This document shows positions 50,466 to 61,724 of a stretch of DNA of 64,000 nucleotides, piece by piece. The stretch spans positions 32,001-96,000 of the forward strand of contig CBDDDZ010000005.1 in the NCBI GenBank assembly GCA_965226795.1. Reading direction: 5' to 3'. Both the position numbers and the translations under genes were made by a program. Below the pieces are notes generated by a model. The model did not search any database. It had not been told where the DNA came from and worked only from the letters and a program-made list of their open reading frames with translations. This DNA comes from Candidatus Latescibacterota bacterium. Its GTDB lineage: Bacteria; Latescibacterota; UBA2968; GCA-2709665. How positions within the stretch are numbered: the stretch's first letter is position 1; each line of letters begins with the position of its first letter.

Positions 50466-53400
50466 GTGTCCGAACAAAATAACGGCGCACCGGTCGAATC
50501 GTTATCGAGTTTGGTGAATATGGATTCCGATCTTCTACATCGCTGCCTTTCGATCGACCTCGAAGTCGGGAAGAATAACGGCCGCATTCGCGCATTTGCC
50601 GCGGTTCGCGTGGATGCAGATCAATCCTTCATTTTTCAAAAGGGAAACCTGGCGACGGCGTTGACGGAACTCGACAGATTCGCCGATGACGCGGCCCTTC
50701 TGCTCGGCCATAACCTGATCGCCTTCGATCTGCCACATCTGACCGCGGCGAAATCGGATCTCCGTCTGCTGAAGTTGCCGGCCGTGGACACGTTGAAACT
50801 GAACCCCCTCGCCTTTCCCCGGAATCCCTATCATCACCTCGTCAAACACTATCAGGACCCACAGCTCAAACGGGGGCGCATAAACGACCCGGAACTCGAT
50901 GCACGCCTCGCGCTGAATCTTTTCCGTGACCAGTGGCGCGCGTTGGAAACGGTCTGTGAGAACACTCCGGACCTGCTCCTGGCGTGGCATTGGCTCACCG
51001 CGCCTGCAGCTGACGGGGCAGGAATGGACGCCTTCTCGGGAAATGAAAGGGCTGGCTTCGGCGCCTTTTTCTCCGCGCTGCGGCGGTCTCAACCACCGTC
51101 GGACGTGGAGGCGCGCACAGCCATAGGCAGCCTGCTGAAGGGCAACGCCTGCCAGAATCACGGTCAGTCTTTTGTGGAGAATATCGATCAGGGCGCCTGG
51201 CCCCTTGCTTACGCCCTTGCCTGGTTGTCAGTTTCCGGGGGCAATTCGGTGATGCCGCCGTGGGTACGACATCAGTTCCCTGAGGCCGGTAAGCTGGTTC
51301 GCCAATTGCGGGATAAGCCCTGCGGCCAGTCGGACTGCGAATGGTGCAGGGATCGACATGACCCGCGTAAGGAGCTTAAACGCTGGTTCGGCTTCGACGA
51401 CTTTCGACCGGAACCGACGGACGAAAAGGGCCGCCCGATGCAGCAGGCCATCGTCGAGGCTGCGATGGCAGGTGAGCACGTTCTGGGCATTCTGCCCACC
51501 GGCACGGGCAAGTCGCTCTGCTACCAGATTCCGGCATTGTCGCGCTATGACAAGACCGGCGCTCTCACGGTGGTCATTTCGCCCCTGGTCGCGCTCATGG
51601 CGGACCAGGTTGTGGGGCTGGAGGCGCGGGGTATCGGCTCCTGTGTCGCGATCAGTGGGCTGCTGTCAATGCCTGAGCGTGCCGATGCGCTGGACCGGGT
51701 GCGACTCGGGGACGCGGCCATTCTCCTCGTCTCGCCTGAGCAACTCCGCTCGCGATCCCTGCGAAGGGTACTGGATCAGCGCGAGATCGGCGCCTGGGTG
51801 CTGGATGAGGCTCACTGTCTATCCAGGTGGGGGCACGACTTCCGGCCAGATTATCGCTACATAGGTCGCTTTATCCGCGAAAAGGCGGGACAGGGGCCGA
51901 TCCCGCCGGTACTTTGTCTGACCGCGACGGCCAAACCCGACGTGGTGGCGGACATAAAGCAGCATTTCCAGGACGAACTTGGGGTTGAGATAAGCGTGTT
52001 CGACGGCGGGGCCCACCGCACGAATCTGGATTTCGTAGTCGTCCAGACGACCGAACCGGAGAAATTCGCGCACATACATCAGATACTGATGGCCGACCTG
52101 CCCCCGAAGACGCCGGGCGGTGCCATCGTTTATTGTGCAACGCGTCGTCAGACGGAAGAGGCGGCGCAGTTCCTGCAGCTTAAGGAAGTCGCGGCGGAAC
52201 ATTTTCACGCGGGGCTGCCCCCTGAGACGAAGAAGCGCGTCCAGCAACGTTTCATTAGCGGCGAGTTGCGGGTGATAACGGCCACCAATGCCTTCGGCAT
52301 GGGCATCGACAAACCGGACGTGCGGTTGGTGATACACGCCGACATCCCGGGCTCGCTGGAGAACTACATGCAGGAGTCGGGCCGCGCCGGACGAGACAGG
52401 AAGATGGCGCGCTGCGTGCTTCTCTATACGTCCGAAGACGTGGAGCGGCAGTTCGGCATGTCGGCGTATTCGCGGCTCTCCCGGCGGGAGATCCACGGCG
52501 TTCTGAGAGCACTCCGAAACCTGGATCGGAAGAAGCGTTTTGGAGGTGAGGTCGTCGCCACCGCCGGTGAGATATTAGGCGAGGACGACGAAAAAGCATT
52601 CGAGCGGGACTCCGCCACAGACGATACCCGCGTGCGAACGGCCGTCTCCTGGCTCGAAGAAAGCGTACTGCTGACCAGGGAGGAAAATCGGGTTCAGGTA
52701 TTTCCCTCGTCTCTTAGGGTGAGTTCAGTGGAGGAAGCGGGCACCAAGCTCGCAAAGCGAGAAATTTTGGACGAATATCGGCGGCAGCTGATGAAATTAG
52801 TCGAAGCTCTGATCGATGCCGATCCCGACGAAGGCATCTCAACCGACGAACTGATGGGTGTGTCCGGGCTGAGTGCGGAAGGCGTGCGAGGAGCCTTGTA
52901 CGCCCTGGAGCGGCTGGGCATCGCCAGCAACGATACGGCGCTGACCGCCTTCGTCCACGTAGGAGTGCCGCGCAACTCCCGGAAGCGCTTTGATGAGGCA
53001 ATGGAATTGGAAACTGCGCTGATCGCACATATGCGCGAGGCAGCGCCGGATCTGAACAAGGGAGACGCGTCGACACTGCACTTGCGCGTCGCCGCCCAAA
53101 CCCTGAGAAACGCGGGAGTGGTTAATCCGTTGCCCGAATTCTTGTGGCGCATTCTCCGTAGTATCGCTGCCGATGGGCGGGGTGAAGGCGGCGACGCGGG
53201 CAGCCTGGGGGTACGACGGCGGGATACCGAGACGGTGCACGTCGAATTGCGACGCGAGTGGCCTGACCTCGAGGAACTCGCGTCCCGTAGGCGCGAGGGG
53301 GCAAAACTTTTGCTTGACCACTTGCTGTCATGCCTGCCCCCTAACAGTCGCGGCACGGACCTGCTTGCCGAGACCACCCTCGGTAAGCTGTTGGACGCGA

Positions 53401-55739
53401 TCACGTCAGATATCGTTTTGAAAAGCAGAGTGAGGAACCCCGAGAAACTGTTGGATCGCGCCCTCCTGTGGCTGCACGAGCAGGAGGTCATTCGCCTCAA
53501 CAAGGGCCTCGCGGTATTCCGTCCGGCGATGACCATCAGGTTGGCCGAAGATAGACGAGGCTTCGCCAACGCCGACTTCGAACCACTAAAGCTCCACTAC
53601 AAGGGGCAGGCGCTGCAGATCCACGTGATGGCCGAATTCGCGCAACGGGGCCTCAGGGATATGGCAGACGCCCTGCGGCTGGCACTTGATTACTTCAATC
53701 TCAAACAGCAGGATTTCCTACGTCAATGGCTACCGGATCGAGGCAAGGAAATCGAGCGGGAGACCACCCCCGAGTCCTGGCGAGCCATCGTCGAGAGCCT
53801 GAAGAATCCCGTCCAACAGCGCATTGTTGCTGATGATCGCGAGCAGACGAACGTCCTGGTGCTTGCCGGGCCCGGGTCCGGAAAGACGCGTGTTCTGGTG
53901 CATCGCATCGCCTACCTTATCCGCGCGAAACGGGAGAATCCCCGCGGCATTCTGGCGCTGGCTTATAACAGGCATGCCGCGGTCGAGATCCGGCGCCGTC
54001 TGACGGATTTGATTGACGATGACGCTCGAGGGGTGACTGTTCTCACGTGTCACGCCCTGGCCATGCGTCTTGTCGGGGTGAGTTTTCAGGACCGGGAACG
54101 CCGGCCGCTGGACGACGATGGGTTTAGGGAGGTGCTGCGCCAGGCGACGGCGCTGCTGCGCGGCGAAGGGCTTGAGCCCGAGGAAGCAGACGATCAGCGG
54201 GAACGGCTTCTCAGGGGCTTCCGCTGGATCCTTGTGGATGAATATCAGGATATCGGTAAGGATCAATACGCGTTGATATCGGCGTTGGCGGGACGGACGC
54301 TGAAAGACGATGACCGCAAGCTGACCCTCTTCGCAGTTGGCGACGACGATCAGAACATTTACGCCTTCAACGGCGCTTCAGTGGAGTTCATCCGGCGTTT
54401 CGAGGCGGATTACGGTCCGAAACCCAACTATCTGATTGACAATTACCGCTCCACCGGCCACATCATCAAGGCGGCCAATTCCCTGATCAATCCTGCACGA
54501 ACACGGCTGAAGACCGGACACCCCATACGGATTGACCGTGCGCGTGCGAAAAATCCGCCTGGCGGCGACTGGGAGACGTTGGACCCGGTCGCCCGAGGTC
54601 GGATCCAGATTCTGTCTGCCATGCCCGATCCGAACTCGCAGGCGCCGATCGCGATGTTGGAGTTACAGCGTCTCGCCGCATTCTCGCCAAATTGGGATTG
54701 GTCGACGTGTGCGGTGATCGCACGCGAGTGGAAATACCTGGAACCGGTGCGCGCGTATTGCGAAGTCAATGGTATCCCGGCGCAAATGGCGAATGAGGTA
54801 ATCCCGAGTTTCTGGCACCTGCGGGAGACCCGCGCATTCGTAGAATGGCTGAGGGGACTGGATAACCGTCTTGTAGATGGCGCGGCTTTGGATGACTGGG
54901 TGGATACTCGTCCGCGAGGCCCGTGGATTGAACTGCTCCGGCAGGCGCTCGAGGAGCACGCCCTGGAAACCGCAGGCGCGGAAGTGCCTGTGGACCACTT
55001 CATCGAGTGGCTTGCGGAATGGGGGCGGGATGTACGGCGCCGCCAGCGCGGGCTATTGCTGTCGACCGCGCATCGGGCCAAGGGACTGGAGTTCGATCAC
55101 ATCTTGGTACTCGACGGCGGCTGGAACAAGGTCGACAGGGGCGAAGATCCGGACGCGCCGCGCAGGCTCTACTACGTGGCCATGACCCGTGCACGGCAAA
55201 CGCTCGCGCTTGTACGTTTTCAAGGATCGCGCCCCACGGAGGGACTCGCACGTTCAGATTTCGTTAGAGAGCCGGCACCCCCCGCGTACGGGGAGCGACT
55301 CCGCTCGCTGCCCTACAAGTTTCCCAACAACGGCGCGATTTTGCACCGCGAGCCCGCTGCGATTCCAAACGACACCATCGAACTCAGCCGCCAATACCGG
55401 CGGCCGACATTGGGCGAGGTCAACCTGGGTTTCGCGGGGCGGCAGAACGCAAGTCATCCTGTGCATCGCGCGATAGCCGCCCTGTCATCAGGCGATCAGC
55501 TGTGGACGCGGATTACGGATATGGGATCGTGGGAGTTGCTGGACCGGTCGGGTACGTTGGTGGGGCGTCTTGCACAGGCGTTTGAACCGCCGGCGGAAAC
55601 GCGGTGCACGGCGGCCACGGTTTACGCGGTCGTAACCTGGAGCCGCGATGCATCGGAACCGGGGTTCCGTGAACACGCAAAATGCGATGTTTGGGAGGTT
55701 GTGGTGCCGGAACTCGTCTTCGAGCCTGAGAGCGAGTAG
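50466..55739 (+). CDS. Fusion: DEDD/RNase H-like exonuclease, RecQ-type SF2 helicase, UvrD-type SF1 helicase
   Basis: SIDLEV...GHNLIAFD; PTGTGKSLCYQ, DEAHCLSRWGHDFRPDY, ATNAFGMGIDKPDVR, QESGRAGRD; AGPGSGKT, VDEYQD, VGDDDQNIY, NYRS, TAHRAKGLEF, YVAMTRA. Confidence 0.92.
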   Translation: MSEQNNGAPVESLSSLVNMDSDLLHRCLSIDLEVGKNNGRIRAFAAVRVDADQSFIFQKGNLATALTELDRFADDAALLLGHNLIAFDLPHLTAAKSDLRLLKLPAVDTLKLNPLAFPRNPYHHLVKHYQDPQLKRGRINDPELDARLALNLFRDQWRALETVCENTPDLLLAWHWLTAPAADGAGMDAFSGNERAGFGAFFSALRRSQPPSDVEARTAIGSLLKGNACQNHGQSFVENIDQGAWPLAYALAWLSVSGGNSVMPPWVRHQFPEAGKLVRQLRDKPCGQSDCEWCRDRHDPRKELKRWFGFDDFRPEPTDEKGRPMQQAIVEAAMAGEHVLGILPTGTGKSLCYQIPALSRYDKTGALTVVISPLVALMADQVVGLEARGIGSCVAISGLLSMPERADALDRVRLGDAAILLVSPEQLRSRSLRRVLDQREIGAWVLDEAHCLSRWGHDFRPDYRYIGRFIREKAGQGPIPPVLCLTATAKPDVVADIKQHFQDELGVEISVFDGGAHRTNLDFVVVQTTEPEKFAHIHQILMADLPPKTPGGAIVYCATRRQTEEAAQFLQLKEVAAEHFHAGLPPETKKRVQQRFISGELRVITATNAFGMGIDKPDVRLVIHADIPGSLENYMQESGRAGRDRKMARCVLLYTSEDVERQFGMSAYSRLSRREIHGVLRALRNLDRKKRFGGEVVATAGEILGEDDEKAFERDSATDDTRVRTAVSWLEESVLLTREENRVQVFPSSLRVSSVEEAGTKLAKREILDEYRRQLMKLVEALIDADPDEGISTDELMGVSGLSAEGVRGALYALERLGIASNDTALTAFVHVGVPRNSRKRFDEAMELETALIAHMREAAPDLNKGDASTLHLRVAAQTLRNAGVVNPLPEFLWRILRSIAADGRGEGGDAGSLGVRRRDTETVHVELRREWPDLEELASRRREGAKLLLDHLLSCLPPNSRGTDLLAETTLGKLLDAITSDIVLKSRVRNPEKLLDRALLWLHEQEVIRLNKGLAVFRPAMTIRLAEDRRGFANADFEPLKLHYKGQALQIHVMAEFAQRGLRDMADALRLALDYFNLKQQDFLRQWLPDRGKEIERETTPESWRAIVESLKNPVQQRIVADDREQTNVLVLAGPGSGKTRVLVHRIAYLIRAKRENPRGILALAYNRHAAVEIRRRLTDLIDDDARGVTVLTCHALAMRLVGVSFQDRERRPLDDDGFREVLRQATALLRGEGLEPEEADDQRERLLRGFRWILVDEYQDIGKDQYALISALAGRTLKDDDRKLTLFAVGDDDQNIYAFNGASVEFIRRFEADYGPKPNYLIDNYRSTGHIIKAANSLINPARTRLKTGHPIRIDRARAKNPPGGDWETLDPVARGRIQILSAMPDPNSQAPIAMLELQRLAAFSPNWDWSTCAVIAREWKYLEPVRAYCEVNGIPAQMANEVIPSFWHLRETRAFVEWLRGLDNRLVDGAALDDWVDTRPRGPWIELLRQALEEHALETAGAEVPVDHFIEWLAEWGRDVRRRQRGLLLSTAHRAKGLEFDHILVLDGGWNKVDRGEDPDAPRRLYYVAMTRARQTLALVRFQGSRPTEGLARSDFVREPAPPAYGERLRSLPYKFPNNGAILHREPAAIPNDTIELSRQYRRPTLGEVNLGFAGRQNASHPVHRAIAALSSGDQLWTRITDMGSWELLDRSGTLVGRLAQAFEPPAETRCTAATVYAVVTWSRDASEPGFREHAKCDVWEVVVPELVFEPESE

Positions 55740-55964
55740 TCCTGTAAGGATACGGTGTTAGGGTTGCTGCTTCCCGGGCGTCATATAGCCAACGATCGCG
55801 GGAATCGCCCGATACCGCGTGTGAGACGCACATGCGACGGCTGCGATCCGGAGGGGGGCGTGGAGAGGTTTCGTCGTAGATTGCGTGGGAGTAGGGAGAG
55901 TCCTATCGATGTCAAATCTGAAGACTGGCCTGACAGAAAATTTGTAGATGGCAGGAACCACACG

Positions 55965-56455
55965 TCAGTCGATCCTGCTATTCTCGTGACTATCAACCGC
56001 ATTGTGCGTCGAATGAGCGTCTCGATTGATGACCAGGCACCCAGCCGTAATGTCGTGAAGCCCTTGTTTTCGCTTCGTAAATGCCACTATAATAAAGCCA
56101 ACGAAGAATATCAGCATTGAAAACAACTTACAGAAGTTTCGCCCAATAGCTATTCCAACGCCGATGCGATTTCCATGCATGTCGGTGACCTTTATACCGA
56201 CGGCCAACTTACCCAGTGTCCCTTGTTTACTCGAAGACTCGAAAACCGCATAATAGACCCACGTTATCGCCAGGCTTATCACCAACCCAAATCCTTGCGC
56301 CTCTGTGTTTAACTCAGCTAGTTCTTCCGCCCCTGCGGATGTCACTATCGCTAATAGATAAAGGAATACATAAAGTAATCCATATTGCGTAGATGACCAG
56401 GCTATCGATCCATGCCGCCGCGAATCTCTTCCAAAACCCAGCATACACCACGCGA
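55965..56455 (-). pseudogene. RDD family membrane protein, frameshifted
   Basis: The RDD N-terminal motif YAGFWKRFAAAWID (from about 56445) lies in a different frame from the C-terminal GTLGK..GIKV...KQGLHD. Shift near 56385. Confidence 0.8.
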
Positions 56456-56501
56456 ATTTCCCTCGCTGGAAATGCCCCACCTTTCGCCGATCCAGTGGGG
56501 T

Positions 56502-56906
56502 TTACGTGCCGTCGGAGCAGTGTATCGCAGGTGATACTTCGCCCTCAGCCATGTCTTTAATCCGATCGACCAGCCACCTCCAATCGGCCGCATCGTCACA
56601 ATTCAACGTGCGCTCAGAGACGTCATCGGAGACCGTGAGGTTGAGTACATGCCACTCACCCAAATGGGTTTCGAAGTTCACATCAAGAGTGATCTCGTTC
56701 GGCTCGAGGGACCACTCGGCCTGAACTCCACCTGTCTCAGTCGGATAGAGATGTGGTAGGGGCAATACATCGGGAAAATTGCACTCGAAGACGTCGTTTA
56801 ACCATTCAAGGCCATTGGTGGGCGGCGATATCCCTTCACCGTCGAGCCAACCGTCCTGCAGCAGGCGCAGTTCGTCGAGTTGTACACCGAAGTTCAGTGG
56901 GTCCAT
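56502..56906 (-). CDS. Hypothetical protein (possibly a detached C-terminal domain)
   Basis: GGAG RBS; LDELRLLQDGWLDGEG..P and YPTETGGVQAEW motifs. Confidence 0.6.
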   Translation of the reverse strand: MDPLNFGVQLDELRLLQDGWLDGEGISPPTNGLEWLNDVFECNFPDVLPLPHLYPTETGGVQAEWSLEPNEITLDVNFETHLGEWHVLNLTVSDDVSERTLNCDDAADWRWLVDRIKDMAEGEVSPAIHCSDGT

Positions 56907-56927
56907 AGAACTGCTCCGACTTTGTCG

Positions 56928-57066
56928 TCATCCACTTTGACGGATTTGTTGTGAAAAAACGTAGTGTTGCTGATTAATATAGATGAATTCGAACCAGATC
57001 CCGTCCAGGTGTTGAAAGTCTGTATCCGTTGAAAGAAGCGTAGCTCCGCTTGAATGATCGGTATGT
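56928..57066 (-). pseudogene. Probable PIN/VapC-type toxin C-terminal remnant
   Basis: GATLLSTDTDFQHL resembles the final strand and D-x-D motif of PIN domains; the N-terminus is missing. Confidence 0.4.
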
Positions 57067-58008
57067 TCAATCGAGTTGGGCCAGGAGATGTTCGATCGGT
57101 TCATCTCCAGGCCAGGCCCCGGCAAGCTCAATAGGGTCGAATGCATTTACTTCCTTCCTCGGAGCAGGAAACAAGCCGCGTGAATCCGAAACGTCGACCG
57201 TCGGCACTTCTTCGAAGACGTTATCACCTCCCTGATGACCACTAATCCGACGAGCCTCGATGAGACGTGGTTGCCCGTTGACCTTGAAGTGCACGATGCC
57301 CTCGACAGTCGCGTGCTTACCCCACAAAGGACGCAGCGCTTCCACGTCCAATGATGTCGGGTCTACACGTCCCAAAAGCGCTGAACCCTGTCCCACCACC
57401 AGGCGAAAGCGACCGTTGCCGTGTTTGATCTCGTCAAGCCTTCCACTTACGATAAACGCTCTCGGTTCCGGGATGTCACTCAAACGATCTTTAACTCCCG
57501 CGCAAGCATTGTCGTCCAACGCAAAATGCCCATGCGCCGCGCCTTGAGGGACCAATTCATAACGCACACCGGCCACACCGGCCGCTTTTCCGAATTTGAG
57601 AATTGCCTCCAAAACAGAACTGTCGAAATAGTCTCCCACGGGATTGTCCAACTGAGTTTCATTTACGGATTGAGCGACGAGGTCGAGCGCCGTCTCGTCA
57701 ATGCTCGGTTGTTTTCTCCATAAATCCTCCTGGGCGAATTGCTCGCGGGCAGTGTCACCAAGCTTTGGAGCTTCTAACTGAATAGTAGTCGATCCAGACT
57801 CCAATCCAGTTATCGTAAAGTCGATCGCAGAGCTCAGCCATTGGGGTCTCGCCCCCTTCCCGACGCCCACGCCAGTGGCGAACAGGCGGGTTGCCCGTTC
57901 TGCTGTAGCGAGAAGGGCGTCCATAACCCGCCGGAGGGTCGTTACCTTGATTTGACCATTGCCTTCTCTCAGACCGCTGATTTTTAGTTGATAGCGTTCT
58001 GTCTTCAT
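57067..58008 (-). CDS. Hypothetical protein (alternative start 58035)
   Basis: 313-aa ORF co-oriented just downstream of hsdR; GGGAGAG RBS; ends WPGDEPIEHLLAQLD. Confidence 0.8.
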   Translation of the reverse strand: MKTERYQLKISGLREGNGQIKVTTLRRVMDALLATAERATRLFATGVGVGKGARPQWLSSAIDFTITGLESGSTTIQLEAPKLGDTAREQFAQEDLWRKQPSIDETALDLVAQSVNETQLDNPVGDYFDSSVLEAILKFGKAAGVAGVRYELVPQGAAHGHFALDDNACAGVKDRLSDIPEPRAFIVSGRLDEIKHGNGRFRLVVGQGSALLGRVDPTSLDVEALRPLWGKHATVEGIVHFKVNGQPRLIEARRISGHQGGDNVFEEVPTVDVSDSRGLFPAPRKEVNAFDPIELAGAWPGDEPIEHLLAQLD

Positions 58009-58058
58009 GACGCTACTCACTCTCCCATAATGCAAGTTGACGAAATAATCTAAACGTC

Positions 58059-61000
58059 TTAGCCAAGCACTTCGACGAGCTCGGCAACGACCTGAAGCTC
58101 CCCTTCATCCCTCTCGTTCAGAACGATGGGTTCGAATTCGGGATTGTTTGGCAGGAGCGTAATGTGGTCGTGCCGCCAGGATTCACCATATTGGATTTTT
58201 TCGCTGTGATAACGCTTGATGGTGTAACGCTGGCCGGTTTCGGGATCGGTTGCGTCGCTGAGTTGCACCAGGACGGTCTTTCCCTCACGTGTACCTTCGA
58301 CCGGAGCACGAAATAAGCCATACCCTCCGTTGGGGATCGCTGGTTCCATTGATCGTCCCACGATCTGCGCGACAAACATACCTGGCCGGAGACGATGGCG
58401 AGAATCCACGGATGCCCATTCGAATTCTCCGTCCTCGATGTGCTGCGGATCGCCGAATGCGCCAGCGGCGGCTTTGAGCGGAACAAACGGTACACATGTA
58501 ACGTATCGTTCCTCGGGCCCGCCTTCAACCAGTCGCAGTGCGGCCGGGAACCCGTGATCTGTCGCAGTTTCATCTGTTACGGCCGATTCGGAACGCAGCC
58601 GTCGATAGGCTTCGGCAGTCATCCAATTGCGGACAGTATTCTGGAATGAGTCGTCGTTCATATATCGCTGAAAGATCGCCTCGTTCTGATCCATGCGTTC
58701 GACGAAGATTTGATCCAGTAGACTTCTGAACACCAGTTCGAATTTGTCCTCGGGGTTTACCGCTGCCGCCTGACGCATTCCATCGTCGGCAATTGCGGCC
58801 TCGACGATGTGATCGAAGAAGAGTTGGTCGGCCTGGTTGAAGTCGGTCCCAAACCGCTCGTTGACGACGTCGATCAGTTGGGAAAGCGGGACCGATTCCT
58901 CGTGTAATTCGCCGGTGCCGACCTCTTTTGGTCCGTCCAGGGCGTGCGCGTTCCCCTCAGCCAGGGAAATCGAGCCTTCGCTGATCTTCTGGAGGCGGTA
59001 GTAATCAAGTCGTACGTCGTCGTCGAAATGATAGGCCGGACCGCTCCTGCGTTTTCGCAGTTTCGGCGCCAGATGTCGAAGGAACACGTGCAGGCGTTCC
59101 AGGTCCGTGTCCTGGTACGGAATGATCTGGCTCAAAAAACCGTAGAGGTTGCGGAACACCTGGATCTTTCCACGCAGGAGTTCGGCCCCGTCTTCATCTT
59201 CTTCCCACAGTTCGTTAAAGCGTGAGACTGCGGGATCAAGCGCGGCGTTCATTTCCTTGTGGTCTTGCACGCTCTGACGCTGCCTGGGCTTGAAATATAC
59301 GGCACAGAACCGTCTGATTTCCTCTTCGAGATAGATCCCTGACGCGTCGAGATCCCCCTTAACCTCGTACATTTTCCCGGGATCGACTTCCTCTCCCATC
59401 TCCGCGCCTTCGTAATAGACCTTAAACGCCTCCCGGATCTCTTCCCGGTCATTGACGAAGTCCAGCACGAACGTGTCCTCTTTGAGAGGATGGGTGCGGT
59501 TGAGGCGTGAAAGCGTCTGTACGGCCTGGATGCCCGCGAGTCGTTTGTCAACGTACATCGTGTGAAGAAGCGGTTGATCGAATCCGGTCTGGTATTTCTC
59601 CGCCACCAGCAGTACCTGATACTCCTGTGTGGCGAACTTCTCCGGAAGTTCCCTTTCACGAATGCCCTGGTTCATCTTTACTTCGGTGAACTCGACGTTT
59701 GGTCCTTCGTCGTCATGTACGGTTCCGGAGAACGCAACCAGCGTCTTGATCGGGTATTGCTTCTGCTCAATGTATCGATCGAAATTCAGCTTGTAACGCA
59801 CAGCTTCCAGGCGCGAGCCTGTCACCACCATAGCCTTGGCCCTGCCGCCGATCTTGTGCCGTGTAACGGTCTGGAAATGTTCCACCATTACTTCGGTTTT
59901 TTGAGCAATGTTATATGCGTGCAGGCGCATAAAGCGCGCCAGCGCGCGCGCCGCCTGTTTACGCTCGACGTTCGGATCTTCTTCGCAGGCCTTCAGGAGC
60001 TTGTAGTATGTCGCATAGGTCGTGTAGTGCTCGAGAACGTCGAGGATGAATCCTTCCTCGATTGCCTGCCGCATCGTGTATTTATGGAATTGCTCACCGT
60101 CGCGCCCAAAAACGGCAAGCGTTCTGTGTTTTGGCGTCGCCGTGAATGCAAAGAAACTCAGGTTTGCCTGCCTGCCGCGCTTGGCTATGCTGCGGAACAA
60201 TTCTTCGAGTTCTTCGCTCCCCTCCTCCTCCGCGCGTCTGCGTGCCTCCTCCCGCAGATCTTCTCCACCCAGGACCTCCCTGAGATGCGTCGAAGTCTCC
60301 CCGCCCTGCGAACTGTGCGCTTCATCGACGATGACCGCACAGCGCCGTGTAGGTAGTGTGCCGGTTCCGGAGGCGCCTCTGTCCTCGTCCATCTTGAGCA
60401 GATGTCGTGACACAAAAGGGAACTTCTGAAGTGTGGTTATGATGATCGGGACTGCGTTCTCAAGGGCTTCTGCGAGTTGCCTAGACCGTTCGTCGATCTT
60501 CTGGACGACGCCATGCTTGTGTTCAAATTGGTAGATCGTGTCTTGCAGTTGCTGGTCGAGGACGACGCGGTCAGTCACAACAATTACACTGTCGAACATG
60601 CGCTCATTTGTCTCGTTGTGCAGGGAAGCGAGGCGGTGTGCAAGCCAGCCGATTGTGTTGCTCTTGCCGCTGCCCGCCGAGTGTTCGACAAGGTAGTTGT
60701 TTCCGACACCCTCTTCGCGAGCCGTTCTCACCAATTGCCGGACAGCATCGAGTTGATGATAGCGGGGAAAAATCATCGACTCCACTTTCACCTTGCGGCC
60801 CTGGTCGTCGCGTTTTTCCTCGGTCTGCAGATGGATATAGCGTGCGAAAATGTCGAGCAGGCTGTCGCGTTCGAACACTTCCTCCCAGAGGTATGCCGTC
60901 CGATAGTCCCGCCCGTCTGGATCGGGCGGGTTTCCGGCTCCACCATCATTGCCTTTGTCGAACGGTAGAAACTGGGTCGCTTCCCCGGCCAGTCGAGTGG

Positions 61001-61595
61001 TCATGCGTACGCACTCGGTGTCGACTGCGAAATGAACGAGCGAACGCCGTTTGAATTCGAAGATCGGCTCTCGGGGATCACGATCCCGGCGATACTGACG
61101 CATCGCGTCCTCGACCGTCTGCCCCGTCAGCGGGTTCTTGAGTTCCACCGTAGCGACGGGTATACCGTTCAGGCTTAGCGCAATGTCGAGGGACTTCTCT
61201 GATCGAGGGGAGAAATGGAGTTGGCGGGTAAGGCCAAGCTGGTTGGCGGCGTAGCGGGCTTCAAGTTCCGGATTCAATTCATGAGCGGCCTTGAAAAATG
61301 CCGGATACAGCGTCCGACCGTAGCACTTGAAACCATGGCGCAACGTAGCGAGCGAGCCATTTGCGTCCATCCATTTGCACAGGTCCGTGAGAACCTGCTC
61401 TCCCGTTCTATCACCGTGCAGCGCCTCCAGCCTGGCCCATTCTTTGGGTTGAGTATCACGAATAAACGCTAGCACGGTATCGGGAAAAATCGCTCGGTCC
61501 CGGTCGAAGCCCTCACGGGCAACGGGAACGTATCCGTTCTGGAGCAGATGAGCTTCGATTACCGTTTCGAAGGCGGCTTCACTGGTCTGGTTCAT
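58059..61595 (-). CDS. hsdR: Type I restriction enzyme subunit R with C-terminal LexA/S24 peptidase-like domain
   Basis: [18 protein letters not shown] nuclease motif, [40 protein letters not shown]; tail with AAAGAF, GRSMEP, TIKRY. Confidence 0.93.
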   Translation of the reverse strand: MNQTSEAAFETVIEAHLLQNGYVPVAREGFDRDRAIFPDTVLAFIRDTQPKEWARLEALHGDRTGEQVLTDLCKWMDANGSLATLRHGFKCYGRTLYPAFFKAAHELNPELEARYAANQLGLTRQLHFSPRSEKSLDIALSLNGIPVATVELKNPLTGQTVEDAMRQYRRDRDPREPIFEFKRRSLVHFAVDTECVRMTTRLAGEATQFLPFDKGNDGGAGNPPDPDGRDYRTAYLWEEVFERDSLLDIFARYIHLQTEEKRDDQGRKVKVESMIFPRYHQLDAVRQLVRTAREEGVGNNYLVEHSAGSGKSNTIGWLAHRLASLHNETNERMFDSVIVVTDRVVLDQQLQDTIYQFEHKHGVVQKIDERSRQLAEALENAVPIIITTLQKFPFVSRHLLKMDEDRGASGTGTLPTRRCAVIVDEAHSSQGGETSTHLREVLGGEDLREEARRRAEEEGSEELEELFRSIAKRGRQANLSFFAFTATPKHRTLAVFGRDGEQFHKYTMRQAIEEGFILDVLEHYTTYATYYKLLKACEEDPNVERKQAARALARFMRLHAYNIAQKTEVMVEHFQTVTRHKIGGRAKAMVVTGSRLEAVRYKLNFDRYIEQKQYPIKTLVAFSGTVHDDEGPNVEFTEVKMNQGIRERELPEKFATQEYQVLLVAEKYQTGFDQPLLHTMYVDKRLAGIQAVQTLSRLNRTHPLKEDTFVLDFVNDREEIREAFKVYYEGAEMGEEVDPGKMYEVKGDLDASGIYLEEEIRRFCAVYFKPRQRQSVQDHKEMNAALDPAVSRFNELWEEDEDGAELLRGKIQVFRNLYGFLSQIIPYQDTDLERLHVFLRHLAPKLRKRRSGPAYHFDDDVRLDYYRLQKISEGSISLAEGNAHALDGPKEVGTGELHEESVPLSQLIDVVNERFGTDFNQADQLFFDHIVEAAIADDGMRQAAAVNPEDKFELVFRSLLDQIFVERMDQNEAIFQRYMNDDSFQNTVRNWMTAEAYRRLRSESAVTDETATDHGFPAALRLVEGGPEERYVTCVPFVPLKAAAGAFGDPQHIEDGEFEWASVDSRHRLRPGMFVAQIVGRSMEPAIPNGGYGLFRAPVEGTREGKTVLVQLSDATDPETGQRYTIKRYHSEKIQYGESWRHDHITLLPNNPEFEPIVLNERDEGELQVVAELVEVLG

Positions 61596-61724
61596 GTTTT
61601 CTTTTAAGCATCACTTTGGTCATTCGTGATCTTCGATTTCCATCTTGCAGAGAAACTTGGGCGGAGCTTTTGGAAAGCCATAGTATTGGCGTGACTTGAT
61701 GATCGTCAGTAGCTCCTTTACAAC

